Source: Polyangia bacterium
GTDB taxonomy: Bacteria > Myxococcota_A > Polyangia > Fen-1088
DNA length: 64,000 bases
Assembly: GCA_036494575.1 (NCBI GenBank)
Contig: DASXOE010000041.1
Coordinates: 662 to 64,661 of the forward strand
Reading direction: 5' to 3'
Shown piece by piece: positions 45,222-53,732 of the stretch. How positions within the stretch are numbered: the first letter of the stretch is position 1; each line of letters opens with the position of its first letter. The notes under the pieces were generated by a model. That model saw nothing but the letters and a program-made list of their open reading frames with translations. It was not told the DNA's origin and did not search any database. Made by a program: the position numbers and the translations under genes.

Positions 45222-46045
45222 GGCGGGCCCTGCTCGTGCTGCTGCTGCTCGCGGCCTGCGAGAGGCGCCGCGGGGGCCCCGCCGTCGAGGAGGCGCCGTT
45301 CGCGCGGCGCTTGCTGACGATCTCGCGCGGCCTCGAGGTTGGCCCGACCGCCGATCCCGCCGCAGCCGCGCGCGACCTCGAGCGGCTCGCGGCCGCGGCG
45401 CGCGCCGCGCTCACTCGGCGCGGGCCGGCGTCGGCCGTCGAGGTCCTGAACCGCCTCGTCTTCGAGACAGAAGGCTTCAGTCGCGAGGTCGACGACACCT
45501 CGCTCGCGTATGTCTTGCTTCCCTCCGTCCTGCTCAACCACCGGGGCAGCTGCGTGGGCCTCGGCACGCTCTATCTTGCCCTCGGCAGCCTCCTCGAGAT
45601 TCCGATGCGTGGCGTCGTCGTCCCGGGGCACTTCTTCGTGCGCGCCTGGGTCGATGGCCGCTGGCGTCCGGTCGAGCTGCTCCGCCGCGGCGACGAGGAG
45701 AGCTCTGACTGGTATCGCGCCCGCTGGCCCTTGCCGCGGACCACGGCTCCCGTCTACGACCGTCCGCTCACCGAAGACGAGGCCGCTGGCGTCGTGGAGT
45801 ACGACATCGGGAACGACCTGCGGCGGCGCGGCAGGATCCCCGAGGCGCGCCGTGCCCTCGAGCGCGCCGTGGCGCACTTTCCGGCGCTCCCGGAGGCGCA
45901 GGCGAGCCTGGGCGCCGTCCTTCAGCTCGCGGGCGCGCTCGACGCCGCGCGAGGAGCCTACGAGGCCGCCGCGCGGCTCGAACCCGGCTTGCCCGGCCTT
46001 GGCCAAAATCTCCGCCTGCTCGAGGACGAGCGGCGGGCCCCATGA
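45218..46045 (+). CDS. transglutaminase-like/TPR-containing lipoprotein
   Basis: GTGA overlap. Lipobox LLLLAAC. NHRGSCVGLGTLYLALG...VVPGHFFVR (Cys...His as in the transglutaminase-like fold), then TPR-like ...EARRALERAVAHFPALPEAQASLGAVLQLAGALDAARGAYEAAARLEP. Confidence 0.65.
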   Translation: MRRALLVLLLLAACERRRGGPAVEEAPFARRLLTISRGLEVGPTADPAAAARDLERLAAAARAALTRRGPASAVEVLNRLVFETEGFSREVDDTSLAYVLLPSVLLNHRGSCVGLGTLYLALGSLLEIPMRGVVVPGHFFVRAWVDGRWRPVELLRRGDEESSDWYRARWPLPRTTAPVYDRPLTEDEAAGVVEYDIGNDLRRRGRIPEARRALERAVAHFPALPEAQASLGAVLQLAGALDAARGAYEAAARLEPGLPGLGQNLRLLEDERRAP

Positions 46046-46071
46046 TCGATTGCCCGCTCGCCGCGGCGGGC

Positions 46072-47172
46072 TCAGCTCTCGGCGGCGCGCTGGACCGTAA
46101 CCGCGAAGACGCACCCCTTGCCGGGGCGGTTGTTCACCGAGAGCCGGCCCCCGTGCGCCTCGATCGCCTCGCGCGTCACCGACAGCCCGAGGCCGAGACC
46201 GCGTCGGTCCTTTCCGCGCTGAACGAACGGCACGAACAGCTCCTCCTCTCGCCCCGGCGGGAGACCTCCGCACTCGTCCTCGACCTCGATGACGCTCGTG
46301 TCGCCCTCGGCGCGGGCGCGCATGACGACGTGGCCGCCGTTGCGCGTGAACTTGAGCGCGTTCTGGACGAGGTTGCTGAGCGCCGAGGTGAGGAGACGCT
46401 CGTCGGCGTCGAGCTCGAGCGAATCGTCGACCTCTACCGAGAGGGTGACGCCGCGCTCGAGGACGGCGGAGTCCTCGAGCTCGTGCAGCAGCGCGCTCGC
46501 GCGGATGCGTCGCGGCTCGACGGCAACGCCCGCCTCGAGCTGAACCGTCAGCAGGGCCTGGCCGATGATCCCGTCGAGGCGCGCCAGGCCGCGCGCGAGC
46601 ACGTCCCCCGCGCGGCCGTTGATGCAGCCCTCGTCCCGCTTGAGGATCGAGAACGCCATCCGCGCGCTCGCGAGAGCGTTGCGCAGCTCGTGCGCGAGCA
46701 GCCCCACGCGCTCGGTCGTCGCATGCTGGAGCTTGGCGCGCGCGTCTTTCCAGTACTCCTCGATGGCTGTCCCGATCGCCTTGTCGAGGCACAGGTTGAA
46801 AATTTGGTACTCGCGCGCGTCGAAACAGAGGCCCTCGGGCCCGGCGAGCTCGCCCACTGAGTCCGAGATCGCGCCGAAGTCGCGGCTGATGATCTGGATC
46901 GTGTAGCCGAGCTCCTGGCGCCGCCGACCGTGGCGCGCCGCCGTCTCGCTCTTGCCGCCGGGCAGCGGCGACGTCTCCGGTAAGCCCTGCTCTCGGCCGA
47001 GCGCACGCGCGATTTCGTCGATGAGGGCGGCCAGGTCGGTCTCGAGGTTCGTCCCCGGCTGGTCGGGCCAATCCGCCCGGATCTTGCGCACGCAGAGATC
47101 TCGGATCTCGTCACGGCGATTCGCGATGAATTCCCGCAGCGAGGCCACGTTCAATATCGTGGGCACCCTCAC
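46072..47172 (-). CDS. cytoplasmic sensor histidine kinase with RsbRD_N-like N-terminal sensor domain (HK-1)
   Basis: 3' third of ORF 46072..48762. H-box LLAHELRNALASA. LSNLVQNALKFT, DECGGLPPG and GLGLGLSVTREAIEAHGG. No TM segment. Start approximate (GTG 47172). Confidence 0.85.
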   Translation of the reverse strand: MRVPTILNVASLREFIANRRDEIRDLCVRKIRADWPDQPGTNLETDLAALIDEIARALGREQGLPETSPLPGGKSETAARHGRRRQELGYTIQIISRDFGAISDSVGELAGPEGLCFDAREYQIFNLCLDKAIGTAIEEYWKDARAKLQHATTERVGLLAHELRNALASARMAFSILKRDEGCINGRAGDVLARGLARLDGIIGQALLTVQLEAGVAVEPRRIRASALLHELEDSAVLERGVTLSVEVDDSLELDADERLLTSALSNLVQNALKFTRNGGHVVMRARAEGDTSVIEVEDECGGLPPGREEELFVPFVQRGKDRRGLGLGLSVTREAIEAHGGRLSVNNRPGKGCVFAVTVQRAAES

Positions 47173-47292
47173 GTCGGTCACAAGACGTTGGCCTTCGGAT
47201 ACGGACGACACACGACCGTCTCTCGCGCCCGCCGGGGGGCGCGCTTGACGCCTCGCTCGGCCGCCACCATTTTGCCAAGGGGTCGCCGTCCC

Positions 47293-48447
47293 ATGGCTCG
47301 CGACCCGTGTCGAAAGGGACTCATGGAAGGGCAAGAGGATCTGGGTGCGGCGCGGAAGCTCGCGGCGCTCATCGACTGCGAACGCGACGAAATCGAGCGC
47401 CGCTGGCTCGCGCGCGTGCGCGCGGACGTCGCCCGTGCTCCGGGCATCGAGCTCACGCAGTTGCGCGCCGGGATGCACGAGTACCTCGCAGGCCTGGCGG
47501 CGCTGCTCCTCGGTCCGCGGGCGGCGTTCGAGCGCGACGCGCGTGAGGTCTGGGCCAAGGTCGCCCGCGAGCACGGCATCGCGCGCGTGCGCATCGGCTT
47601 CGACATCGGGCAGCTCGTCCACGAGTTCGTCGTGCTTCGGCAGGTGATCCGCGCCGTGGCCCTCGACGCCGGCATCGCCGTCGACGGACCCGAGTCGATT
47701 CTCGCCGACATCCTCGACGCGGCCATCGCCGCGGCTGTCCAGGCCTACGTCGATGCCCGCGACCACGAGACGAAGCGCCGGCAGGCCGAGTATGTGGCCT
47801 TTCTCACGCACGAGCTGCGCAATCCTCTGGGCACGGCCATGCTGACCGCCTCGCTCCTGCGCCGCCACGTGCCGCAAGAGAAGGGCACGCTCGAGAAGCT
47901 CGAGCGCAGTCACCAGCGCCTGAGCGAGATGATCGACGGCGTCCTGCTCACCGAGAAGCTCGGCGCGGGAACCGTCGAGAGCCGCCCCACGAACGTCGAC
48001 CTCGGGAAGATCCTCGACGACGCCGTGGAGGTGGCCCGCTGCGCGGCCGAGCGCAAGGGCGTCGCCTTCCGGATGGCGCGAGTCGCGGGGCTGTGCGTTC
48101 ACGTCGATCCGCTGCTGACGCGCACGGCGATCCAGCACCTCGCCGAGAACGCGGTCCGCTACGCCGAGAAGCGCGGCATCGACGTCGCCGTCGAGACGCG
48201 GCTCGACGACGTCGTCATTCACGTCCGGAACGACTGCCCCGCGCTGACGGACGACGAGGTCCGCACGCTCTTCGAGCCCTTCGAGCGCACCCCGACGCCC
48301 CAGGCGGGCGCCGGGCTCGGCCTCGTGGTCGCGCGGCGCGCCATCGAGGCGCAGGGCGGCTCCATCCAGGCCGCGCAGGCCGGGACGTCCGGGTGCCATT
48401 TCTGGATCACGCTCCCCCGCCGCGTCGTGGCGTCTCACCCGCACTAG
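47293..48447 (+). CDS. cytoplasmic sensor histidine kinase with RsbRD_N-like N-terminal sensor domain (HK-2), divergent from HK-1
   Basis: ORF 47188..48447. IDCERDEIERRWLARV...; H-box FLTHELRNPLGTA; GAGLGLVVARRAIEAQGG. Start ambiguous (ATG 47293 or 47323). Confidence 0.85.
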   Translation: MARDPCRKGLMEGQEDLGAARKLAALIDCERDEIERRWLARVRADVARAPGIELTQLRAGMHEYLAGLAALLLGPRAAFERDAREVWAKVAREHGIARVRIGFDIGQLVHEFVVLRQVIRAVALDAGIAVDGPESILADILDAAIAAAVQAYVDARDHETKRRQAEYVAFLTHELRNPLGTAMLTASLLRRHVPQEKGTLEKLERSHQRLSEMIDGVLLTEKLGAGTVESRPTNVDLGKILDDAVEVARCAAERKGVAFRMARVAGLCVHVDPLLTRTAIQHLAENAVRYAEKRGIDVAVETRLDDVVIHVRNDCPALTDDEVRTLFEPFERTPTPQAGAGLGLVVARRAIEAQGGSIQAAQAGTSGCHFWITLPRRVVASHPH

Positions 48448-48457
48448 GAGGCGATCC

Positions 48458-48817
48458 TTGGCCCGCATTCTCTTCGTGAACGACGAGGCCGATCTCGTCG
48501 AGGTGTCGTCCGACCTGCTGTCCGGCGAAGGGCACGAGGTCGTCGCCCTCACCGACGCGCGCCAGACCTTGGAGACCGCGCGGCGCATGAAGCCCGATCT
48601 CCTCGTGCTCGACTGGATCCTCAACGGACTCACGGCCGAGGATGTCGTTCGCCAGTTGCGCCTCGAGCCTGCGACGGCGCGCTTGCCGATCTTGCTCATC
48701 TCGGCCCTTTCGGACACCGCCGAGAGGGCCCGGCTCTTGACCGCCGATGGATATCTGCGCAAGCCCTTTTCAGCCGAGGGCCTCTCGCGCGCCGTCGCCG
48801 CGCTGGTCCCTCGTTAG
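48458..48817 (+). CDS. single-domain response regulator
   Basis: ILFVNDEADL, LLVLDWIL, YLRKPF. Confidence 0.88.
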   Translation: MARILFVNDEADLVEVSSDLLSGEGHEVVALTDARQTLETARRMKPDLLVLDWILNGLTAEDVVRQLRLEPATARLPILLISALSDTAERARLLTADGYLRKPFSAEGLSRAVAALVPR

Positions 48818-48851
48818 ACCCGTTGGTCCGCGACGCTGGTATCGTGTCGCG

Positions 48852-49904
48852 GTGATCTTCCGACAGCTCTTCGATCCGACCTCGAGCACGTACACCTATC
48901 TGCTGGCAGACGAAGGGACGCGCGACGCCGTGCTCGTCGATTGTGTCTTCGAGCAGCACACGCGCGACGCCGCGCTCATCCGCGAGCTCGAGCTCGGGCT
49001 GCTGTGCGCGCTCGACACGCACTGCCACGCGGACCACGTGACGGGGGCCTGGCTCATGACGGCGGCCTTCGGCTCCGAGGTGGCCCTCGCGGCGGCATAC
49101 GGCGCCGAGAACGTCGACCGTCCGCTGGCCCACGGCGACCTCGTCCGGTTCGGCGCGCACGCGCTCGAGATCCGCGCCACGCCCGGTCACACCCCCGGTT
49201 GCCTGTCGTTCGTCACGGGCGACCACGGCATGGTCTTCACGGGCGACGCGCTGCTCGTCCGCGGCGCGGGCCGCACGGACTTTCAGCAGGGGGACGCCGG
49301 GCGCCTGTTCCGTTCCATTCGCGAGCAGCTCTTCACGCTTCCCGACGCATGCCTCGTCTACCCGGCGCACGACTACGAAGGACGCACGGCGAGCACGATC
49401 GGCGAGGAGCGTCGCTACAACCCGCGCATCGGCGGGGGCGCACGCGAGGAGGACTTCGTCGGGTACATGCGCAACCTCGGGCTGCCGCACCCCAAGCAGC
49501 TCGCCGTCGCCGTGCCGGCCAACATGCGCGCGGGACGGCCCGAGAGCGTCGCGCCGGGGCCGACGCCGCCCTGGGGGCCGGTCGTGCGCACGTATGCCGG
49601 CCTGCCGGAGATCGCGTGCGAGTGGGTGGCCCGCCACCGCGACGACGTTCACGTGCTCGACGTGCGCAGCCCGGCCGAGTTCGACGGCGAGCTCGGCCAT
49701 CTCGAGGGCGCGCAGCTCATCCCGCTCGACGACCTGCGCGCGCGCCTGTCCGAAGTGAGAGCCGACAAGCCTGTCGTCGTCGTCTGCCAGACCGGCAGGC
49801 GCGCGGGAATGGCGACCGTGATTCTCGCGAAGGCGGGCCTGCCGGGCGTCGCCAACCTCGCAGGCGGCATGGTGGGCTGGCGCGACCTCGGCTTGCCGAG
49901 CTAG
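48852..49904 (+). CDS. persulfide dioxygenase (ETHE1-like MBL fold) fused to a C-terminal rhodanese domain
   Basis: GTG start VIFRQLFDPTSSTYTYLL, DTHCHADHVTG, TPGHTPG, YPAHDY. Then a rhodanese segment VLDVRSPAEF...VVVVCQTGRRA (active-site Cys loop). Confidence 0.85.
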   Translation: MIFRQLFDPTSSTYTYLLADEGTRDAVLVDCVFEQHTRDAALIRELELGLLCALDTHCHADHVTGAWLMTAAFGSEVALAAAYGAENVDRPLAHGDLVRFGAHALEIRATPGHTPGCLSFVTGDHGMVFTGDALLVRGAGRTDFQQGDAGRLFRSIREQLFTLPDACLVYPAHDYEGRTASTIGEERRYNPRIGGGAREEDFVGYMRNLGLPHPKQLAVAVPANMRAGRPESVAPGPTPPWGPVVRTYAGLPEIACEWVARHRDDVHVLDVRSPAEFDGELGHLEGAQLIPLDDLRARLSEVRADKPVVVVCQTGRRAGMATVILAKAGLPGVANLAGGMVGWRDLGLPS

Positions 49905-49934
49905 GGGTGGCGGCGACGCCGAGCCGCTGCGCCG

Positions 49935-50774
49935 CTACTGCTTCGATACCATCACCGTGGCGAGCCCCGTGCCGGCGCTCGCGCCGACGTACCAGGCCAG
50001 CACGGTCTCGCTGTTGAAGGGGCTGAAGTCATGGTTCGTCCCCACGCCGTTCAGGATGACGTATCGGAAGTCCTCGTGGGGCTGTTCGCTCGGGACGCGG
50101 AGCAGGACGAAGTCGTCGTGCGCGCCCGCGCCCGAGGAGAAGGTGCTGTCGACGAGCGTCGCTCGATAATTTCCATCGGGGACCACGAGCATGGCTGGCG
50201 TCGAGTGGCAGTTGGTGTCGTAGGCCAAGACGTTCTTCGTCGCGTCCACCGTCGTGCTGGCGCCGCCCGGCGAGAGGGTCACCGTCGCCGTCCCCGCGTT
50301 GTCGGCGAGGTCCGAATCGACGAACATGACTTCGATCGTGCCCATGGCCGGGAGCGTGACGGACGCCGTCGCGCCGATCCCGTTCAGCATGAAGAACCGG
50401 TGGTCTTCATTCGGGTCGCCGGCGGGCAAGGGCGCGTGGACGATGACGTAGTTGTCGAAGGACGGCGGCGGGGGCGTTGGTCCCGACACGCCTCCCTTCG
50501 TGAGCGTGCTCGCGCTGAGCGCGATCGTGTATGTTCCCGCGGCGACGTCGGGGATGACGGCGGGCGTGACCCCGCACGCGTCCATGCGCACCGCGTTCTT
50601 GGTCGCGTCGACGGAGATATTGGCCGTCGTGAACGCGCCGCCGGCGCCGCCCATCTCGGGATCGCCGCCCGCGGCGCCCGTGTCGCTGCCGGAGCCCGCT
50701 TTCGTGCCGCCGCATCCAAGCAGCACGGCGCCTGAAACAATCGCCACAGCTCGCCAAGGAGAGACCCGCATCAT
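49935..50774 (-). CDS. hypothetical lipoprotein with internal two-fold domain duplication
   Basis: Lipobox AVLLGCGG. Two ~105-aa repeats both start (S/T)VDATKN and contain ...F(M/V)(L/I)LNG(I/V)G(A/T).... Confidence 0.7.
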   Translation of the reverse strand: MMRVSPWRAVAIVSGAVLLGCGGTKAGSGSDTGAAGGDPEMGGAGGAFTTANISVDATKNAVRMDACGVTPAVIPDVAAGTYTIALSASTLTKGGVSGPTPPPPSFDNYVIVHAPLPAGDPNEDHRFFMLNGIGATASVTLPAMGTIEVMFVDSDLADNAGTATVTLSPGGASTTVDATKNVLAYDTNCHSTPAMLVVPDGNYRATLVDSTFSSGAGAHDDFVLLRVPSEQPHEDFRYVILNGVGTNHDFSPFNSETVLAWYVGASAGTGLATVMVSKQ

Positions 50775-50969
50775 GCTGACAAGCTAAGTCGCGATCAGCG
50801 TCAGGCGAGGTGCCAGAAACCGGGCTGCGGGGCCGCGTCGACCGCGCACAGCACCTCCCGAAAACTGGGTCGCGTCCGGGTAAAAAAAAGATGAGGCGCG
50901 ACATTTTGCCGCATTGCGGCCGTCAGCGCGTTGTGATACTCACAGACCGCAACTTACAAAAGGATCCCG

Positions 50970-51461
50970 ATGCGCTCACTTCGCCTGATTGGTTGTTCGA
51001 TGGTCCTGGGGTTGGTTCTGGTCGCCTGTGGAAGCAGCGGGACCAAGAATCCCGACGGTGGAAAAGCCGGAAAAGACGGCGGAGCGGGCACGGGCGGGGC
51101 AGGCAGCGGCGGAGCGGGCAGCGGCGGAGCGGGCACGGGTGGTAATGCCGGCGCCGATGCCGCCGCGGGTACGGGTGGTAGCGCAGGCGCTGACGCCACG
51201 GGCGCCGCTGGTTCGGACGCTCATCCTGACGTTGCTCCTGATACCGCGACGGACGTGGCGACGGATCACTCGACCGACACGCCGGCGCCCGACACGGCGA
51301 CCGACCACGCGGGCGACGCCTCGGACGCGGGCACGGGCGGCGACGCCTCGGATGCTGCGGCCTCGGATACCGGGACCGACTCCTCCGGCGACGCCTCGAG
51401 CGAGGCCGGTGTGGACGGGGGCACGGACGGCGCCAGCGATTCAGGTTCCGAAGCAGGCTGA
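50970..51461 (+). CDS. low-complexity Gly/Ala/Asp/Thr-rich lipoprotein
   Basis: Lipobox LVLVACGS. The remainder is GGAG(T/S)GG and D(A/T)(S/T)D repeats. GC3 is high in this frame. Confidence 0.6.
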   Translation: MRSLRLIGCSMVLGLVLVACGSSGTKNPDGGKAGKDGGAGTGGAGSGGAGSGGAGTGGNAGADAAAGTGGSAGADATGAAGSDAHPDVAPDTATDVATDHSTDTPAPDTATDHAGDASDAGTGGDASDAAASDTGTDSSGDASSEAGVDGGTDGASDSGSEAG

Positions 51462-51530
51462 GCGCGGTTGCGCTGACGGCTCGGCCCCCGCGAACCTTCA
51501 ATAGCGAAGCTTCGCCCGCGAAGTTTCGCC

Positions 51531-52556
51531 CTATCGCAGGGCGAGACCGACCGTCAGCATCGCCTCGCCGTTCCAGCGCGGCAGCGCGGCGGGCGCCACG
51601 GCCCCGGCCGCGGCGCTCGGTGAAGTGAGCACGTAAAATCCGCCCGCGCGGAAGCCCACGAGGGCGCGACCGAAGGGCAGGACGGCGCCCCCGAGGGCGT
51701 CGAGCGCGAGCTCGGGCCGACGTGCGGCGGGAGGTCCCGCGTCGACCGAGAGAACGTGAACGGACGGACCGAGCTCGAGCTCGAGCCACAGCGGAGCGAG
51801 GGGAAGACGGCCGTGGGCGCCGAGCTCGATCGCGACGTCGTTCACGGTTCGCCCCGCCGGAGCGGCCCCTCCGGACGCGAGCGACGGACCGGCCGCGAGC
51901 CCGACGCCGACGCCGAGCGCTCGCCCCAACGCCTCGGGGGTGAAAACGCCTTTGAGCCCGAGACGCAGACCGACGTGTTGCGAGGGGGGTGACTGCAGGC
52001 GAGCGCCGGCCGCGAGCTCGACGGCCAGCGTCGGTGGCGCGGGGCGGCCCGGGGAGAGGTGCGGCGCCGGCGTCGGCGAGGGGCTCGTCGTCGGCGGTGG
52101 CGATCGCGTCGGGGCGGGCGGAGGGGGCGGGGAGCCGAGCAGCATCTTCACGGAGAGGGCCACAGCGGCCGCATCGGGCGGCGCGAGCGGCGTCGTCACC
52201 GACAGGGGCCTCACGGCGAGGATTCCGTCGCGGCCGCAGAAGCAGAGCGCGTGGGCGCCGCTCTCGTCGTCGCAAAGCCAGACGACGGCCACGGTGCCTG
52301 GGACCGAGATCTCCCGCCGCGCGGCTTCGATGTCGGCGACGCCCATCAACGGGCCGGGCAGCTCGAACACAGACAACCCGCGTGGCGAGACGGCGACCGA
52401 CAAGGCGGAGGCGAGCGCGGCGTCGTGCGTGCCGAGGACGACGCGCTCCGAATCCGCGCGCCCCGGTCGGCTCGCGAGGAGCAGGACCGCGAACGCCCAC
52501 GCGCGGGCTCGTCGTGTGAGCGCCGCGGAGCCGGCGATGTCTGCGGGCGGGCGCAC
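51531..52556 (-). CDS. hypothetical secreted protein, ECF-module partner B
   Basis: 341 aa. Signal ...AFAVLLLASRPGRA, a Pro-rich linker, and a Gly/Ala/Leu-rich beta C-terminus. It follows the anti-sigma gene after 6 nt. Confidence 0.65.
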   Translation of the reverse strand: MRPPADIAGSAALTRRARAWAFAVLLLASRPGRADSERVVLGTHDAALASALSVAVSPRGLSVFELPGPLMGVADIEAARREISVPGTVAVVWLCDDESGAHALCFCGRDGILAVRPLSVTTPLAPPDAAAVALSVKMLLGSPPPPPAPTRSPPPTTSPSPTPAPHLSPGRPAPPTLAVELAAGARLQSPPSQHVGLRLGLKGVFTPEALGRALGVGVGLAAGPSLASGGAAPAGRTVNDVAIELGAHGRLPLAPLWLELELGPSVHVLSVDAGPPAARRPELALDALGGAVLPFGRALVGFRAGGFYVLTSPSAAAGAVAPAALPRWNGEAMLTVGLALR

Positions 52557-52562
52557 GGACCG

Positions 52563-53732
52563 TCAGCGCGCCGGCGCGAGCAATGTGCGGGCGTCGTCGG
52601 CGTTGGGGCCGTGTGGGAATCGGCGGAGATAGGTCTCGCAGAGCTCGCGCGCGAGCTGGGCCTGGCCGCGCTCGCTCTCGAGGCGCGCCGAAGCGAACAA
52701 GGCGATCGCGGCCCAGCCGTCCTCGCCGGCCGCGAGCTCGCCGTAGATGCGCAGCGCGGCCTCGGGATCGCGGATCTCGAGCTGCGAGGCAAGCTCGAAC
52801 AAGACCTGAACGGAGTGGCGCGGCGCGACGAGCGGCGTGTCGGGGCTCGGCTTCGCGGCCGCGGCGTCGGTGAGCGCGCTCGCGTTGGGGCGGTCGGCGA
52901 TGGTCAGGTCTCCAGACCGAGCGGTCGCCGCGGGAGCCGCGCCGTCCTCGGGCGTGCGCGGCGACGCGGGGGCGTGACCTTCGGCGTCCGCCAGCGCGAC
53001 CCGGCGCGGGTGGCGCTGACGCGTCGCCGGGGTCGGATCTTCGTGGGGGGGCACCTGCGCGGTCGCGCCGGCCGCCGATGACCCGAGGGGCGGCGTCGAC
53101 GCGATCGCCGCGGGCGCCGGCGCCGCGGACGCGACGGGCTCGCGGGTGACCGCCTCGCCCGGCGTGTAGCGCTCGCCCGCGTGAACGAGCTCGGTCATGT
53201 TCGTGTCGGCCACCTCGACGAGGCCGTGGTCGACGGACACTGTCGCGTGCCCGCCGACACGATGGACGGAGAAGCGCGTGCCGATGACGGTCACGCGCGT
53301 CGCGCCCGCCTCCACGATGAACGGCGCGCGCGTGGCGCGGGGTGCCACCTCGCAGGTGACTGTCCCGCGATCGAGCACGACGACGACGGCGCCGCCTCGC
53401 CCGCCGCCGAAGCTGATCGCGGACTGCGGCGCGACGTCGAGCGTGGCGCCCCCGATGGCGATGCGCGAGCCGCTGGTGGTCGTGGTCACCTGCGCGGTGC
53501 CGAGCTGCGCGCGCGCCGGGAGCGTCTCGCCGCGGCGTCCCTCGCGGACGGCGAAAATACCGGCGGCCGCGGCCACGCCAGCGAGCGCGAACGCGAGGCC
53601 GCTGCGCCTCGAGACCCAGGGCCGCGGGGGCGCGAGCGGGCGCGCGTCGAGCGCCGCGAATAGGCCGCGCTCGATGCGCGCCACGGCCGCGTCGGCGAGG
53701 GCGGGCGTCGGAGGAATCGGTCCGCGCTTCAT
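52563..53732 (-). CDS. FecR-domain anti-sigma factor B (single TM, TPR-like C-terminus)
   Basis: ORF 52563..53831 trimmed to MKRGPIPP (ATGA overlap with the sigma stop). TM segment LAFALAGVAAAAGIFAV. FecR-like segment VIGTRFSVHRVGGHATVSVDHGLVEV. Confidence 0.8.
   Translation of the reverse strand: MKRGPIPPTPALADAAVARIERGLFAALDARPLAPPRPWVSRRSGLAFALAGVAAAAGIFAVREGRRGETLPARAQLGTAQVTTTTSGSRIAIGGATLDVAPQSAISFGGGRGGAVVVVLDRGTVTCEVAPRATRAPFIVEAGATRVTVIGTRFSVHRVGGHATVSVDHGLVEVADTNMTELVHAGERYTPGEAVTREPVASAAPAPAAIASTPPLGSSAAGATAQVPPHEDPTPATRQRHPRRVALADAEGHAPASPRTPEDGAAPAATARSGDLTIADRPNASALTDAAAAKPSPDTPLVAPRHSVQVLFELASQLEIRDPEAALRIYGELAAGEDGWAAIALFASARLESERGQAQLARELCETYLRRFPHGPNADDARTLLAPAR

Noticed and set aside
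34058-46045. Long read-through N-terminal extensions of track ORFs 34058..36328, 36480..39179, 38839..41349, 38954..40165, 40854..42440, 41579..43159 and 44267..46045
   Set aside because: In each case the upstream portion overlaps the preceding, homology-supported gene in another frame. Genuine starts were placed at the ATG/GTG that overlaps the upstream stop (ATGA/GTGA) and precedes a signal peptide or Rossmann motif.
47173-48762. N-terminal two-thirds of ORF 46072..48762 (-)
   Set aside because: This part is antisense to HK-2 and the response regulator, which have clear H-box and receiver motifs. Only the 3' third (46072..47172) has kinase motifs.
51504-51515. Palindrome GCGAAGCTTCGC between convergent genes as a terminator
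   Set aside because: The sequence is self-complementary with no loop, giving an effective 4-bp stem, and no U-tract follows. This is too weak to call.
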